Below are positions 9,049 through 23,031 of a DNA stretch of 64,000 bases, piece after piece. The DNA is from Isurus oxyrinchus. Taxonomy: Eukaryota. Each line of letters opens with the position of its first letter. The first letter of the stretch is position 1. Position numbers and translations under genes: made by a program. The notes under the pieces were generated by a model. It was given only the letters and a program-made list of their open reading frames with translations. It searched no databases and was not told the DNA's origin. The stretch lies in NCBI GenBank assembly GCA_026770705.1, contig JANJGN010000016.1, positions 86,614,001 through 86,678,000 on the forward strand, read 5' to 3'.

Positions 9049-9510
9049 ACTTAGTGTCGTCAGCAATCTTGGATATATGGCTCTCTATTTCTTCATCCAA
9101 ATCATTGATAAATATTGTGAAAAGCTGAGGCTCCAGCACAGATCCCTGGGGACATCACTATTCACATCTTGCTCATTGGAGCACATACACATTATCCCTA
9201 CTCTCTGTCTCCTGCCTCCTAACCAGTTCCTCATCCATGGCAACAGGTTTCCTCAAATTCCATCTGCTTCCATTTTTATTCAGTCTCTCATGTTGAATTT
9301 TCTCGAATGTCTTCTGGAAATCCATATCAATAGAAAAGACTCTCCCTGATCCACCACATTAGTGACCTCCTTAAAAAATGTAACCAGGTTAGATAAGGAT
9401 GTCTGACCCTTTTTAAGTCCATGCTGACTCTCTCTGATCAGTTCATATTTATCACTCATTCTGTCTCTAATAACAGGTTCCAGTCACTTCCCCATTACAG
9501 ACATTAAACT
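9049..9510 (-). mobile_element. Decayed CR1 RT fragment
   Basis: Reverse strand shows SQHG, DFQKTF and PQGSVL-like remnants. Confidence 0.6.
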
Positions 9511-10119
9511 GAGAGGTTAGTTCTGAATGATCCGAGTGCACAGCTAGCACAGACACAAGGGGCTGAATGGCCTCCTCCTGTGCTAGAGGCTTATCAGGCT
9601 CCTTGACTGAAACATATGGATGGGAACAGGAGGTGGGCTGGAGCTTAAACAATGAGTTAAATGTAGACAGAGTGTCATTAGTGGGTAATGTACAGTGTAC
9701 ATTGTGTCCATGAGCCTCTCGAAAAGATATCTTTCTCTTTTTCCCTTTTCAGCTCCAGGCCTCTCATTAAGGAGCTGAAAGAATATTTAGTGAAGAAGTT
9801 TGCGGAGTGTGCGGGCTGTGTGAAGGATTTCGGCAGTGACTGATGATTGCAGCTCCTTGTTCAGTCTGCTCCTCCCTCACCACTGATCAAGACATGTAAC
9901 CTCGTGTCACACTGAGTGAGATTACAATCAATATCATAGCGTCAGTCACAGAAAACAACAGCATCACAGTCTGAGAGACTGGGACAGATATCACTGCGTC
10001 ACGTCAAAGAACAGAGCCCTGATCCCCTCCCACCATGCTCAGAAACCATAGAGCATCGAAAATATACTGACAAACACCCCCTTATATTAAACACTCACAC
10101 CCAGAGAACATCTACAGAG

Positions 10120-10260
10120 NNNNNNNNNNNNNNNNNNNNNNNNNNNNNNNNNNNNNNNNNNNNNNNNNNNNNNNNNNNNNNNNNNNNNNNNNNNNNNNNN
10201 NNNNNNNNNNNNNNNNNNNNNNNNNNNNNNNNNNNNNNNNNNNNNNNNNNNNNNNNNNNN
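10120..10260. other. Assembly gap (141 N)
   Basis: Run of n. Confidence 1.
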
Positions 10261-10469
10261 GAGTTAGGTATAGAGGGAGAGCGACATAGAGTGTTTGAGA
10301 TAGACAGACCGAGAAAGCTGGAAAGAGGGATAGGTTAGTTTGAGTGAGAGAGGGGGAGATGGAGAGAGCGACAGAGATTGAGAGAGAGGGAGAGAGCGTG
10401 AGAGAGAGGGATGGGTTCGTATGAGAGAGAGAGACTCTGTGTCAGCTCCTGTACCTGTCAGAGTGAAGA

Positions 10470-10735
10470 AGTCTTATTATAATTCTATCGGACCTCGGTG
10501 AGACCACACCTGGATTATTGTGTACAGATTCGGTCTCCTTACCTAAGGAAGGATACACCAGCCTTGGAAGGAGTGCAGCAGAGATTCCCCAGAGTGATTC
10601 CTGGGATGACGGGATTGTCCGATGAGGAGAGATTGAGTAGACTGGGACATTATTCCCTGGAGTTTAGAAGAATGAGAGGTGATCCCATTGAAATATATAA
10701 AATTCTTAAAGTGATTGACAGGGTAGAGAGTGACA
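10470..10735 (+). mobile_element. CR1 ORF2 C-terminal fragment
   Basis: VRPHLDYCVQ..SPYLRKD..LEGVQQRF..EERLSRLG.YSLEFRRMRGD. Confidence 0.8.
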
Positions 10736-11059
10736 GGGTGAGACCGGCAGCTTCCCTCACTGAGTCCCTTGTGTTTTACAGCAATCCAGCAGGATTTATG
10801 GACAATTTCTGCAGCCAGAACACAAATGATCAGATTGATCCAATTCCATTTCACTATTTCCCGTCCTGGGATTTGAATACATCCCCTCTGGGTTACTGGC
10901 TCAATCCCATTCCCTACAGGGAAGAAGTGGTGGTGTGGATTGAGAGAGGCTGAAAGGCAGGGAGCAAGGGGATTGCATTAAGTGGGGATCCACAGAGCAA
11001 CAGGTTAGTCTGCAACAAACTGCAGCACAGGTGGAGAGAATGGACAGTAACCTCGTACC

Positions 11060-12330
11060 ACCTGATCTCCATCCCTCCCTCTGAGTGTCCGACCTTCCTC
11101 TCAGATACACACCTCCCTGATCTGCAAGCCTCCCTCTGAGTGTCCGACCTTCCTCTCAGATACACACTTCCCTGATCTCCATCCCTCCCTCTGAGTGTCC
11201 GAAATTCCTCTCAGATACACACCTCCCTGATCTCCATCCCTCCCTCTGAGTGTCCGACCTTCCTCTCAGATACACACCTCCCTGATCTCTATCCCTCCCT
11301 CTTATTGTCCGAACTTCCTGTCAGATACACACCTCCCTGATCTCTATCCCTCCCTCTGATTGTCCGAACTTCCTGTCAGATACACTCTTCCCTGATCTCT
11401 ATCCCTCCCTCTGAGTGTCCAACCTTCCCCTCAGATACACACCTCCCTGATCTCTATCCCTCCCTCTGAGTGTCCAACCCTCCTCTCAGATACACACCTC
11501 CCTGATCTCCATCCCTCCCTCTGAGTGTCTGACCTTCCTCTCAGATACACACCTCCCTGATCTCCATCCCTCCCTCTGAGTGTCCGACCCTCCTCTCAGA
11601 TACACACCTCCCTGATCTCTATCCCTCCCTCTGAGTGTCCGACCCTCCTCTCAGATACACACCTCCCTGATCTCCATCCCTCCCTCGGAGTGTCCAACCT
11701 TCCTCTCAGATACACACCTCCCTGATCTCCATCCCTCCCTCTGAGTGTCTGACCTTCCTCTCAGATACACACCTCCCTGATCTCCATCCCTCCCTCTGAG
11801 TGTCCGACCTTCCTCTCAGATACACACCTCCCTGATCTCTATCTCTTCCTCTGAGTGTCCGACCTTCCTCTCAGATACACACCTCCCTGATCTCTATCCC
11901 TCCCTCTGAGTGTCCCACCTTCCTCTCAGATACACACCTCCCTGATCTCCATCCCTCCCTCTGAGTGTCCGACCCTCCTCTCAGATACACACCTCCCTGA
12001 TCTCCATCCCTCCCTCTGAGTGTCCAACCTTCCTCTCAGATACACACCTCCCTGATCTCTATCCCTCCCTCTGAGTGTCCCACCTTCCTCTCAGATACAC
12101 ACCTCCCTGATCTCCATCCCTCCCTCTGAGTGTCCGACCTTCCTCTCAGATACACACCTCCCTGATCTCCATCCCTCCCTCTGAGTGTCCCACCTTCCTC
12201 TCAGTTACACACCTCCCTGATCTCCATCCCTCCCTCTGAGTGTCCGACCTTCCTCTCAGATACACACCTCCCTGATCACCATCCCTCTCCCTGAGTGACT
12301 GAACTTCCTCTCAGATACACACCTCACTGA
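11060..12330. repeat. 55-bp minisatellite, about 23 copies
   Basis: Unit tcagatacacacctccctgatctccatccctccctctgagtgtccgaccttcctc; period 55 (11101, 11156, 11211...). Confidence 0.95.
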
Positions 12331-13900
12331 GCTTCACCCTTCGGTGTATCCGAGCTCCATGCCTCTCCTGAACAGCTCTCCATCCCTCTCTCTATCAGGC
12401 CTCCATCTCTCTCTATCTGACTTCCACCTTCTCTCTATCTGACCTCCATCTCTCTCTCTCTGACCTCCATCCCTGTAGTTATCTGACCTCTATCCCACTC
12501 TCTATCCAACTTCCATCCCTCTATCGCTCTGACCTCCATCCCTTTCTCTAACTGACCTCCATCCCTCTCTCTATCTGACCTTCATTCCTCTCTCTATCTG
12601 GCCTCCATCCCTCTCTCTACCTGACATTCATTCCTCTCTCTATCTGGCCTCCATCCCTCTCTCTATCTGATCTTCATTCCTCTCTCTATCTGGCCTCCTT
12701 CCCTCTCTCTGTCTGACCTCCATCCGTCTTTCTCTCCAAACTCCATCCGTCTTTCTCTCCAACCTCCATCCCTCTCTCCATCTGACCTCTACTCTTCTCT
12801 CTTTCTGATCTCCAGCCTACTCTCTATCTGGACACCAGCCATCCCTCTAGCTGACATCCATCTCTCTCTCCACCTGTCCTCCATCCCTCTCCCTTCTGAC
12901 CTCCATCCCTCTCTCTACCTGTCCTCCACCCCTCTCCCTATCTGACCTCCACCCCTCTCTCTACCTGACCTCCAGCCATCTCTCCACCTGACCGCATCCC
13001 TCGCTCCATCTGACCTCCATCACTCTGAGTTTCAGACCTCCATCCCTCTCTCTATCTGACTCCATCCCTCTCTCTACCTGACTCCATCCCTCTCTCTATC
13101 TGACCTCCATCCCTCTCTCTGTCTGACTCCATCCCTCTCTCTATCTGACTCCATCCCTCTCTCTATCTGACCTTCATCTCTCTCTCTATATGACTCCATC
13201 CCTCTCTCTATGTGACTCAATCCCTTTCTCTATCTGACTCCATCCCTCTCTCTATGTGACTCAATCCCTCTCTCTATCTGACCTCCATCCCTCTCTCTAC
13301 CTGACCTCCATCTCTCTCTCTATCTGACCTCCATCCCTCTCTCTATCTGACCTCCATCCCTCTCCCCATTTGGCATCCATCCCTCGCTCCATCTGACCTC
13401 CCTCACTCTGCATTTCCGACTTTCATCCCTCTCTCTATCTGACCTTCAGCCATCTCTCCACCTGACCTCCATTCCTCGGTCCATCTTACCTCCATCACTC
13501 TGTATTTCAGACCTTCATTTCTCTCTCTATCTGAGCTCCATCCCTCTCTCTAACTGACCTTCATCATTCTCTCTATCTGAGCTCCATCCCTCTTTCTACC
13601 TGTCCTCCACACCTATCCCAATCTGACCTCCATATCTCTCTCTATCTGACCTCCACTCCTCTCTCTACCTGAGCTCCAGCCATCCCTCGCTCCATCTGAC
13701 CTCCATCACTCTGCGTTTCAGCCCTTCATTCCTGTCTCTATCTGACCTCCATCACTCTCTCTATCTGACCTCCAACCCTCTATCTGAACTCTATCCCTTT
13801 CTCTACCTAACCTCCATCTCTCTGTCTATCTGACCTCCAACCCTTCTCTATTTTACTTTCACCCCTCCCCCTAATTGACCTCCATCCCTCTCTCTAGTTT
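12330..13900. repeat. Degenerate ~24-bp CT-rich minisatellite
   Basis: Unit approximately tctgacctccatccctctctcta. Confidence 0.9.
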
Positions 13901-14044
13901 AGCTGCTGACGCTCAGATCTGACACAATTACAGTTAATCCCGTTATGAACAGTGTCGGCCTATTTGGAATGTCAGTTTGATGAAGTCAGTTTGAGCCATT
14001 ACTCCAAGGACATCACAGATGGTTTGTACATAGGGGAACCCATG

Positions 14045-14214
14045 GTCAGGTAGAGAGAGGGATGGAGTCAGATAGAGAAAGGGATTGAGTCACATAGAGA
14101 GAGGGATGGAGTCAGATAGAGAAAGGGATTGAGTCACATAGAGAGAGGGATGGAGTCAGATAGAGAGAGAGAGACGAAGGTCAGATAGAGAGAGGGATGG
14201 AGGTCAGATAGAGA
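14045..14214. repeat. Inverted copy of the ~24-bp minisatellite
   Basis: tagagagagggatggagtcaga units, the reverse complement of ~13060-13330. Confidence 0.85.
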
Positions 14215-14539
14215 ATTGTGTCAGTAAACACAGAGAGAATGAAAGATACAATTAAAACTTTATTAATATGGTTATCAGAGCTGTGTCACTATATAGTTAA
14301 AATGTTAGTGATGATATATCCTGCTGAGTAATATATAGAGAAACCTGAGTAATAAGTCATATGTATCATATTATATGAAATAAAATATGTATTACAAATA
14401 TATGTTATCAATATACAGTAATATATGCAGACCAGATTATTGTGCCAATATATAAAGATCTGCAAAAAGCTGCAATAAAATGTTATTAATATGAAGCTCA
14501 GCAAAATGTCATTATTATAGTTTAACAATGGCTACTTAT

Positions 14540-15652
14540 TGGTGATGTTACATTTCACAGTCCAGTCTGTGTACTCAGGTACATCACACTTCACAATTCA
14601 GTCTGTGTACTCAGGTACATCACACTTCACAATCCAGTCTGTGTACTCAGGTACATCACTCTTCACAATCCAGTCCGTGTACTCAGGTACATCACAATTC
14701 ACAATCCTGTCCATGTACTCAGGTATATCACACTTCACAATCCAGTCTGTGTACCCAGGTACTTCACATTTCACAATCCAGTCTGTGTACTCAGGTACAT
14801 CACACTTCACAATCCAGTCTGTGTACTCAGGTACATCACACTTCACAATCCAGTCTGTGTATTCAGGTAAATCACACTTCACAATCCAGTCTGTGTACTC
14901 AGGTTTATCACACTTCACAATCCAGTCTGTGTACTCAGGTACATCACACTTCACAATCCAGTCTGTGTACTCAGGTACATCACATTTCACAATCCAGTCT
15001 GTGTACTCAGGTACATCACATTTCACAATCCTGTCTGTGTACTCAGGTACATCACACTTCACAATCCTGTCAGTGTACTCAGGTACATCACACTGCACAA
15101 TCCAGTCTGTGTACTCAGGTACATCACTCTTCACAATCCAGTCCGTGTACTCAGGTACATCACAATTCACAATCCTGTCCATGTACTCAGGTATATCACA
15201 CTTCACAATCCAGTCTGTGTACCCAGGTACTTCACATTTCACAATCCAGTCTGTGTACTCAGGTACATCACACTTCACAATCCAGTCTGTGTACTCAGGT
15301 ACATCACACTTCACAATCCAGTCTGTGTATTCAGGTAAATCACACTTCACAATCCAGTCTGTGTACTCAGGTTTATCACACTTCACAATCCAGTCTGTGT
15401 ACTCAGGTACATCACACTTCACAATCCAGTCTGTGTACTCAGGTACATCACATTTCACAATCCAGTCTGTGTACTCAGGTACATCACATTTCACAATCCT
15501 GTCTGTGTACTCAGGTACATCACACTTCACAATCCTGTCAGTGTACTCAGGTACATCACACTGCACAATCCAGTCTTTGTACTCAGGTACATCACACTTC
15601 ACAATCCAGTCTGTGTACTCAGGTACATCACACTTCACAATCCAGTCTGTAC
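14540..15652 (-). repeat. 36-bp satellite, about 31 units, inverted relative to the 45.4-64 kb array
   Basis: Unit cacttcacaatccagtctgtgtactcaggtacatca; diagnostic variants recur with a 468-bp (13-unit) period. Confidence 0.97.
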
Positions 15653-15729
15653 ATTTTCAAACATAATGTAAATTCTATCATATTATGGTCACTCATCGGA
15701 ACGGTTCTTTTATAACAAGACTATTCACA

Positions 15730-18700
15730 CAATCACAGAATCACAGAATCACACAGTGGGGATGAGGCCCTTCAGCCCATCGAGTCTACACTGACATGTG
15801 AGAAATACCTGACCTACCTACCTAATCCCATTTACCTGCACTTGGCCCATAGCCTTGAATGTTATGACATGCCAAGGGCTCATTCAGGTACTTTTTAAAG
15901 GATGTGAGGCAACCCGCCTGCACCACCCTCCCAGGCAATGCATTCCAGACTGTCACCACCCTCTGGGTAAAAAATGTTCCCCTCACATCCCCCCAAAACC
16001 TCCTGCCCCTCACCTTGAACTTATGTCCCCTCATAACTGACCCTTCAACTAAGGGGAACCGCTGCCCCCTATCCACCCTGTCCATGCCCCTCATAATCTT
16101 GTACACCTCGATCAGGTCACCACTCAGTCTTCTCTGCTCCAACAAAAACGACCCAAGTCTATCTAACCTCTCTTCATATCTTAAATGTTTCATCCCAGGC
16201 AACATCCTGTTGAATCTCCTCTGCACCCCCTCCAGCGCAATCACATCCTTCCTATAATGTGGCGACCAGAACTGCACAAAGTACTCCAGCAGTGACCTCA
16301 CCAAGGTTCTATACAACTGCAACATGACCTCCCAAATTTTGTAATCTATGCCTCAAATGATAAAGGCAGGTGTCCCATATGTCTTTTTCACCACCCCACT
16401 AACATGCCCCTCCGCCTTCAGAGATCTATGGACACACACGCCAATGTCCCTTTGTTCCTCAGAACTTCCTAGTGTCATGCCATTCATTGAATACTTCCTT
16501 GTCAAATTACTCCTTCCAAAATGTATCACCTCACACTTTTCAGGGTTAAATTCCATCTCAAAAACAGAATTACCTGGAAAGACTCAGCAGGTCTGGCAGC
16601 ATCGGCGGAGAAGAAAAGAGTTGATGTTTCGAGTCCTCATGACCCTTCGACAGAACTTGATTTCGAGTCCAAGAAAGAGTTGAAATATAAGCTGGTTTAA
16701 GGTGTGTGTGTGGGGGGGGCGGAGAGATAGAGAGAGAGAGAGGTGCTTATGTAGACAAACAAGCAGTGATAGAAGCAGATCATCAAAAGATGTCAGCGAC
16801 AATGGTACAAAAGAACACATAGGTGTTAAAGTTAAAGTTGGTGATATTATCTAAACGAATGTGCTAATTAAGAATGGATGGTAGGGCACTCAAGGTACAG
16901 CTCTAGTGGGGGTGGGGGGAGCATAAAAGATTTTAAAATATTTAAAAATAATGGAAATAGGTGGGAAAAGAAAAATCTATAAAATTTATAGGGAAAAAAA
17001 AGGAAAAAGGGGGGAAACAGAAAGGGGGTGGGGATGGAGGAGGGAGCTCAAGACCTAAAGTTGTTGAATTCAATATTCAGACCGGAAGGCTGTAAGGTGC
17101 CTAGTCGGAAGATGAGGTGTTGTTCCTCCAGTTTGCGTTGGGCTTCACTGGAACAATACAGCAAGCCAAGGACAGACATGTGGGCAAGAGAGCAGGGTGG
17201 AGTGTTAAAATGGCAAGCGACAGGGAGGTTTGGGTCATTCTTGCGGACAGACCGCAGGTGTTCTGCAAAGCGGTCGCCCAGTTTACGTTTGGTCTCTCCA
17301 ATGTAGAGGAGACCACATTGGGAGCAACAAATACAGTAGACTAAGTTGGGGGAAATGCAAGTGAAATGCTGCTTCACTTGAAAGGAGTGTTTGGGTCCTT
17401 GGACGGTGAGGAGAGAGGAAGTGAAGGGGCAGGTGTTACATCTTTTGCGTGGGCATGGGGTGGTGCCATAGGAGGGGGTTGAGGAGTAGAGGGTGATGGA
17501 GGAGCGGACCAGGGTGTCCCGGAGGGAGCGATCCCTACGGAATGCCGATAAGGGGGGTGAAGGGAAGATGTGTTTGGTGGTGGCATCATGCTGGAGTTGG
17601 CGGAAATGGCGGAGGATGATCCTTTGAATGCGGAGGCTGGTGGCGTGATAAGTGAGGACAAGGGGGACCCTATCATGTTTCTGGGAGGGAGGAGAAGGCG
17701 TGAGGGCGGATGTGCGGGAGATGGGCCGGACACGGTTGAGGGCCCTGTCAATGACCGTCGGTGGGAAACCTCGGTTAAGGAAGAAGGAGGACATGTCAGA
17801 GGAACCGTTTTTGAAGGTAGCATCATCGGAACAGATGCGACCAAGGCGAAGGAACTGGGAGAATGGGATGGAGTCCTTACAGGAAGCGGAGTGTGAGGAG
17901 CTGTAGTCGAGGTAGCTGTGGGAGTCGGTGGGTTTGTAATGAATATTGGTGGACTGTCTATCACCAGAGATTGAGACAGAGAGGTCAAGGAAGGGAAGGG
18001 AAGTGTCAGAGATGGACCACGTGAAAATGATGGAGGGGTGGAGATTGGAAGCAAAATTAATAAATTTTTCCAAGTCCCGACGAGAGCATGAAGCGGCACC
18101 GAAGTAATCATCGATGTACCGGAGAAAAAGTTGTGGAAGGGGGCCGGAGTAGGACTGCAACAAGGAATGTTCCACATACCCCATAAAGAGACAGGCATAA
18201 CTGGGGCCCATGCGGGTACCCATAGCCACACCTTTTATTTGGAGAAAGTGAGAGGAGTTGAAGGAGAAATTGTTCAACGTGTTCAGCCAGACGGAGGAGA
18301 GTAGTGGTGGATGGGGATTGTTCGGGCCTCTGTTCGAGGAAGAAGCTAAGGGCCCTCAGACCATCCTGGTGGGGGATGGAGGTGTAGAGGGATTGGACGT
18401 CCATGGTGAAGAGGAAGCGGTTGGAGCGAGGGAACTGTTAACCACTCGGCCAATCTTTGTGTCATCCGCAAACTTACTAATCCTACCCCCACATAGTCAT
18501 CTATGTTGTTTATATAAATGACGAATAATAGGGGACCCAGCACAGATCCCTGTGGTACACCACTGGACACTGGCTTCCAGTCACTAAAGCATCCTTCTGT
18601 CATCACCCTCTGTCTCCTACAACCAAGACAATTTTGAATCCATCTTATCAAATTACCCTGTATCCCATGTCCATTTGCCTTCTTTATAATTCTCCCATGT

Positions 18701-21700
18701 GGGAACTTGTCAAAGGCTTTGCTGAGATCCATATAAACTACATCATCTGTACTACCCTTATCTACACACCTGGTCACCTCCTCAAAACATTCAATCAAAT
18801 TTGTAAGGCATGCCCCCCTCTGACAAAGCCATGCTGACTATCCCTGATCAAACCTTGCCACTCCAAGTGGAGATAGATACTCTCCTTCAGAACTTTCTCC
18901 AATAGTTTCCCTATCACTGATGTGAGACTCACTGGCCTGTAATTCCCTGGCTTATCTCTACAACCTGTCTTAAATAACAGAACCACATTAGCTTTTCTCC
19001 AGTCCTCTGGCACCTCCCCCGTGGCCAGAGAGGAATTAAAAATTTGGGTCAGAGCCCCTGCGATCTCCTCCCTTGCCTCCTTCAGCAGTCCGGGACACAA
19101 ATCATCCGGACCTGGAGATTTGTCCACTTTTAAGCCTGCCAACATCTTCAATATCCCATCACTCCATATATCAATTTGTATAAGAAACTTGCAGTCTCTC
19201 TCCCCGAGTTCGATACCTTCATCCTCATTCTCTGGGTTGAAGAGGGATGTGAAGTATTCATTCAACAGTCTAGCCATATCTGCTGGCTCCACCCATAGAT
19301 TGCCCCCTTGTTCCCTAATGGGCCCTACTCTTTCCCTGGTTATCCTCTTCCCATTGATATACATCTGGAATATCTTGGGATTTTCCCTACTTTTACCAGC
19401 CAGAGCTTTCTCATATCCCCTCTTTGCTCTCCTAATTGCTTTCTAAGCTCCACTCTGCACTGTCTGTACTCCACTAATGCCTCCGCTGATTTGCTTCCCT
19501 TGTACCTGCTAAAAGCCTCTCTCTTCATTTTCATCGTATCCTGAATAACTCTGGTCATCCATGGTTCTCTGGGCTTGTTACTCCTTCCTATCACCCGAGA
19601 GGGAACATGTTGAGCCTGTACCCTCCCCATTTCCTTTTTTAACACCCCCCACTGCCCCTCTGTAGATTTCCCCACAAGTAACTGTTCCCGGTCTACCTTG
19701 GCCAGATCCTGCCTTATTTTACTAAAATCCACTCTGCCCTAATCCAAAACATTTTTTTGCAACTTGCCTATTTCTTTGTTCATAACAAGCTTAAACTGTA
19801 CCATGTTGTGGTCAATATCACTAAAATGCTCCCCCACCACCACCTCAGCCACCTGTCCGGCTTCATTCCCCAGAATTAGTCCAGCAATGCGCCATCCCTT
19901 GTTGGACCCTCTACATATTGACCTAAAAAGTCCTCCTGTAAACATTTCAAAATATCCAATCCATCCAAGCACTTAACACTATGTCTACCCCAATTAATGT
20001 TGTAAAGTTGAAATCTCCTAATATAATTACCCTATTGTTATTGTTTTTACACATCTCCGCAAATTGTGCTCATATTTGCTCCTCAATTTCCTGCTGGCTA
20101 TCTGTGGGTCTATAATAAACACCTAACAATGTGGCTGCCCCTTTTTCATTCCTAAGCTCCACCCACAAAGCTTCATTCGATGCCCCCTCCAAGATATCAT
20201 CTCTCCTTACTGCAGTAACTGACTCCTTAACTAATAATACAATGTCTCCTCCTCTTTTACCGCCTCCCCGTCTCGCCTGAAGATTCTATATCCCAGAATG
20301 TTGAGCTGCCAATCCTGCCCCTCCCTCAGCCACATTTCATTGATGGCCAATATATCACAATTCCACGTGTCAATCCTCACCCTTAACTCATCAGTTTTAC
20401 CTGTAATACTCCTGGCATTAAAGTAGAGGCCATCCAGCCTTGCCTTACTCCCTTGAAACTTAATGCAGCTGTACTCCGTCTGACTTGATTGTTTTATTGT
20501 ATTATGATGTGTCCCTATTCTGTTAACATTCTGTGTTCCCTCCCTCTGCCGAATTATTTTAAACACTTCACAAAAGCACTAGCAAACTAACGAGGATGTT
20601 AGTCCCGCTCTGGTTCAGATGTAAACCGATCCATTTGTACAGGTCCCACCTTCCCCAGAAACGGTCCCAGTGATCCAGGAATCTAAAACCCTCCCTCCTG
20701 CACCAGCTCTTAATCCACGTATTCACCTGCACTATTCTTCTATTTCTGTGCCTGCTAGCACGTGGCACTGGGAGTAATCCAGAGATTACAACCCGAGAGG
20801 TCTTGCTTTTTAGTCTACTGCCTAACTCCCTGAAGTCTTGATGCAATACTTCATCCCTCTTTCTACCTATGTCATTGGTACCAACATGTACCATGACCTC
20901 TGCCTTATCACCCTCCCCCTTCAGGATGCCCTGCTGCTGTTCAGTGACATCCCGGACCCTGGCACCAGGGAGGCAACACACAATCCCGGAGTCACGTTGA
21001 CAGCCGCAGTAGCGCCTACCTGTTCCCCTGACTATATAATCCTCTATTAGTATTGCTCTTCCTCCCCTCTGGTACAGACAGGCTGCTTGTGGTGCCAGAA
21101 GCTTGGCTCTGTCTGCAATCTCTGGAGGAACCAGCGTCCTCATCAGCCTCCAAAATGGAAAACCAATTTGTGAATGGTACACCAGGGGGACTCCTGTACT
21201 ACCTGCCTGTTTCTCTTGGACTGTCTTGTGGTCACCCCTTCCCTTCCTTCCTCAAGTCACTTCAGCTGCGATGTGAGCACCTCTCTAAATGTGCTATCCA
21301 TGATGCTCTCAGACTCACAGATGCTCCACAGTGTCTCCAGCTGCCGTTCCAGCTCTGAAATCTGAGCTTCCAGGAGCTGCAGCTGGACACACTTCCTGCA
21401 CAAATGCTGGTCCCGGGCACTGGAAATGTTCCCAGCTTCACACATGCAGCACGAGGAGCACACCACGGCTTTGAGCTCTCCTGCCATGATTTATCCCTTT
21501 AAATTAAAACTTTTAAATCAATTACTCTAGGGCCCTTCTTTCCTGATCCTCATTACTACAGAATATACAAACCATAAACCAATCTTTGATTTTCGTCCTT
21601 AAACTATAAGCAATAGAAGTAGTAAATACTTACCCGACCTTACCCACTACTTACCAGCCATTCCTTTCCCTTGTAGCCTCTACTGCTGCAGCAGGGCAAG

Positions 21701-21855
21701 ACCACTCTCTGAAGATTTAAGAAGTTGGATAGCAAAGAAAAAAACACAAAGAGCATCTCTTCCCTTGTGCAGCGAATTCCCACTGTGCACCAAATTGCCA
21801 ATACCCACATTCACTCTGACTGTGTCTCACTCAGGGTGAGGTCTCTCTGCTGTTT
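15730..21855 (-). mobile_element. Near full-length decayed CR1 LINE (ORF1 zinc finger/SGNH esterase; ORF2 endonuclease and RT)
   Basis: ORF1 CSSC..CRKC and HVGTNDI/GLHLN esterase motifs (20568-21487); endonuclease YFNARSI; RT NYRPVSLTS, PQGSVLGP; (ATTCTGTG)n tail at ~15730-15752; frameshifts and stops; interrupted by Penelope. Confidence 0.9.
16560..18439 (-). mobile_element. Penelope-like retroelement (5'-truncated) encoding RT and GIY-YIG endonuclease
   Basis: ORF 17048-18277: GVAMGT, RYIDD, FLDL (RT) and LLYIGETKR..RFAEH (GIY-YIG); terminal repeat with hammerhead-like motif at 16619-16657. Confidence 0.93.
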
Positions 21856-21859
21856 GTGT

Positions 21860-23020
21860 GCAAGCATTATTAACTAACAAATTCAAGGCACAGATAGAGG
21901 TAAATGCCTATGATTTAGTTGCCATTACAGAAATGTGGCTACAGGGTGACAAAGACTGGGAACAGAATATTCAATGATATTTAACATTTAGGAAGGACAG
22001 GAGAAAGGAAAAGGTGTTAGTACTGCGCTGATAATAAGGGACAGGATCAGGCATTAGTATGGGTGGATCTCAGATCAGAAGAACAATGTGTGGAATCTGT
22101 TTGTGTGGGAGCTAAGAAACAGCAAGAGGCAGCAAAGATTGGTTGGAGCTGTTCATCAGCCACCAAACAGTATTGGTAATGTGGGGCATGATATTGATCA
22201 GGAGATTAGAGACATGTGTAGAATGGGTAATACAGTGATCATGGGTGATTTCAATTTGCATATAGACTGGGTAAGAGCAATGAGCACTGACACTGGGGAG
22301 GAGGAGTTTCTGGAGTGTGTTAGGGATGGTTTTCTAGAGCAGAATGTTGAGGAACGGACCAGAGTACAGGCTATTATAGATCGAGTATTCGGTAATTTAC
22401 ATTATGTTTGAAAGTGAGGCAGTTCAATCCGAAATCAGTGTGTTAAATTTCAACAAGGAAAATGATTTCTCCTTGGGTTTCTGTGAGGGGGAAAATTGCT
22501 TGATGTGGATTGGGAAATACATTGAAAGGTGCGACAGTACATTGGCAATGGATAGTCTTTAGTGAATTATTACATAGTTTACTGCAATTATACATTCCTT
22601 CAAGGCACAAAAACCAAAAAAGAAAAATCAGTCAACCGTGGCTAACAAAGGACATTAAGGATTGTTTAAGATTAAAAGTAAGGGCTCATAAAGTTGTCAA
22701 AAATATTAGTAAACTTAAGGATTGGGAGCATTTTAGAAAACAGCAAAGGAGGGCCAAGAAACTGATAAAGGGAGAATAGGAAATGAATGTAAACTCGCAA
22801 AAGACATGTAAACGGACTGTAAAAGCTTCTGTAGGTATGAAAAAGGAAATGTTTAGCTAAAATAAATGTGGGTCCATTACAGGCAGCTAAGAGAATTTAT
22901 AATGGGGAATAGAGAAATGGCAGAGAAGCTAAATGATTACTTTGTGTCTGTCTTCACTGACAAAGATACAGGAAATCTCCCAGAGTTAGAGATCCAAGGG
23001 ACCAGGGAGAATGAGAAATT
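21860..23020 (+). mobile_element. Decayed CR1 ORF2 endonuclease-region fragment
   Basis: AITEMWLQG, IMGDFNLHIDW, PWLTKDIK, NDYFVSVFT motifs. Confidence 0.8.
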
Positions 23021-23031
23021 GTTTTTTTTAT

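Noticed and set aside
14540-15652. CRISPR array (36-bp repeats)
   Set aside because: Units are head-to-tail with no unique spacers, there are no cas genes, and the context is vertebrate.
14539-15666. 375-aa and 346-aa ORFs
   Set aside because: Same satellite artefact; both strands are open simultaneously.
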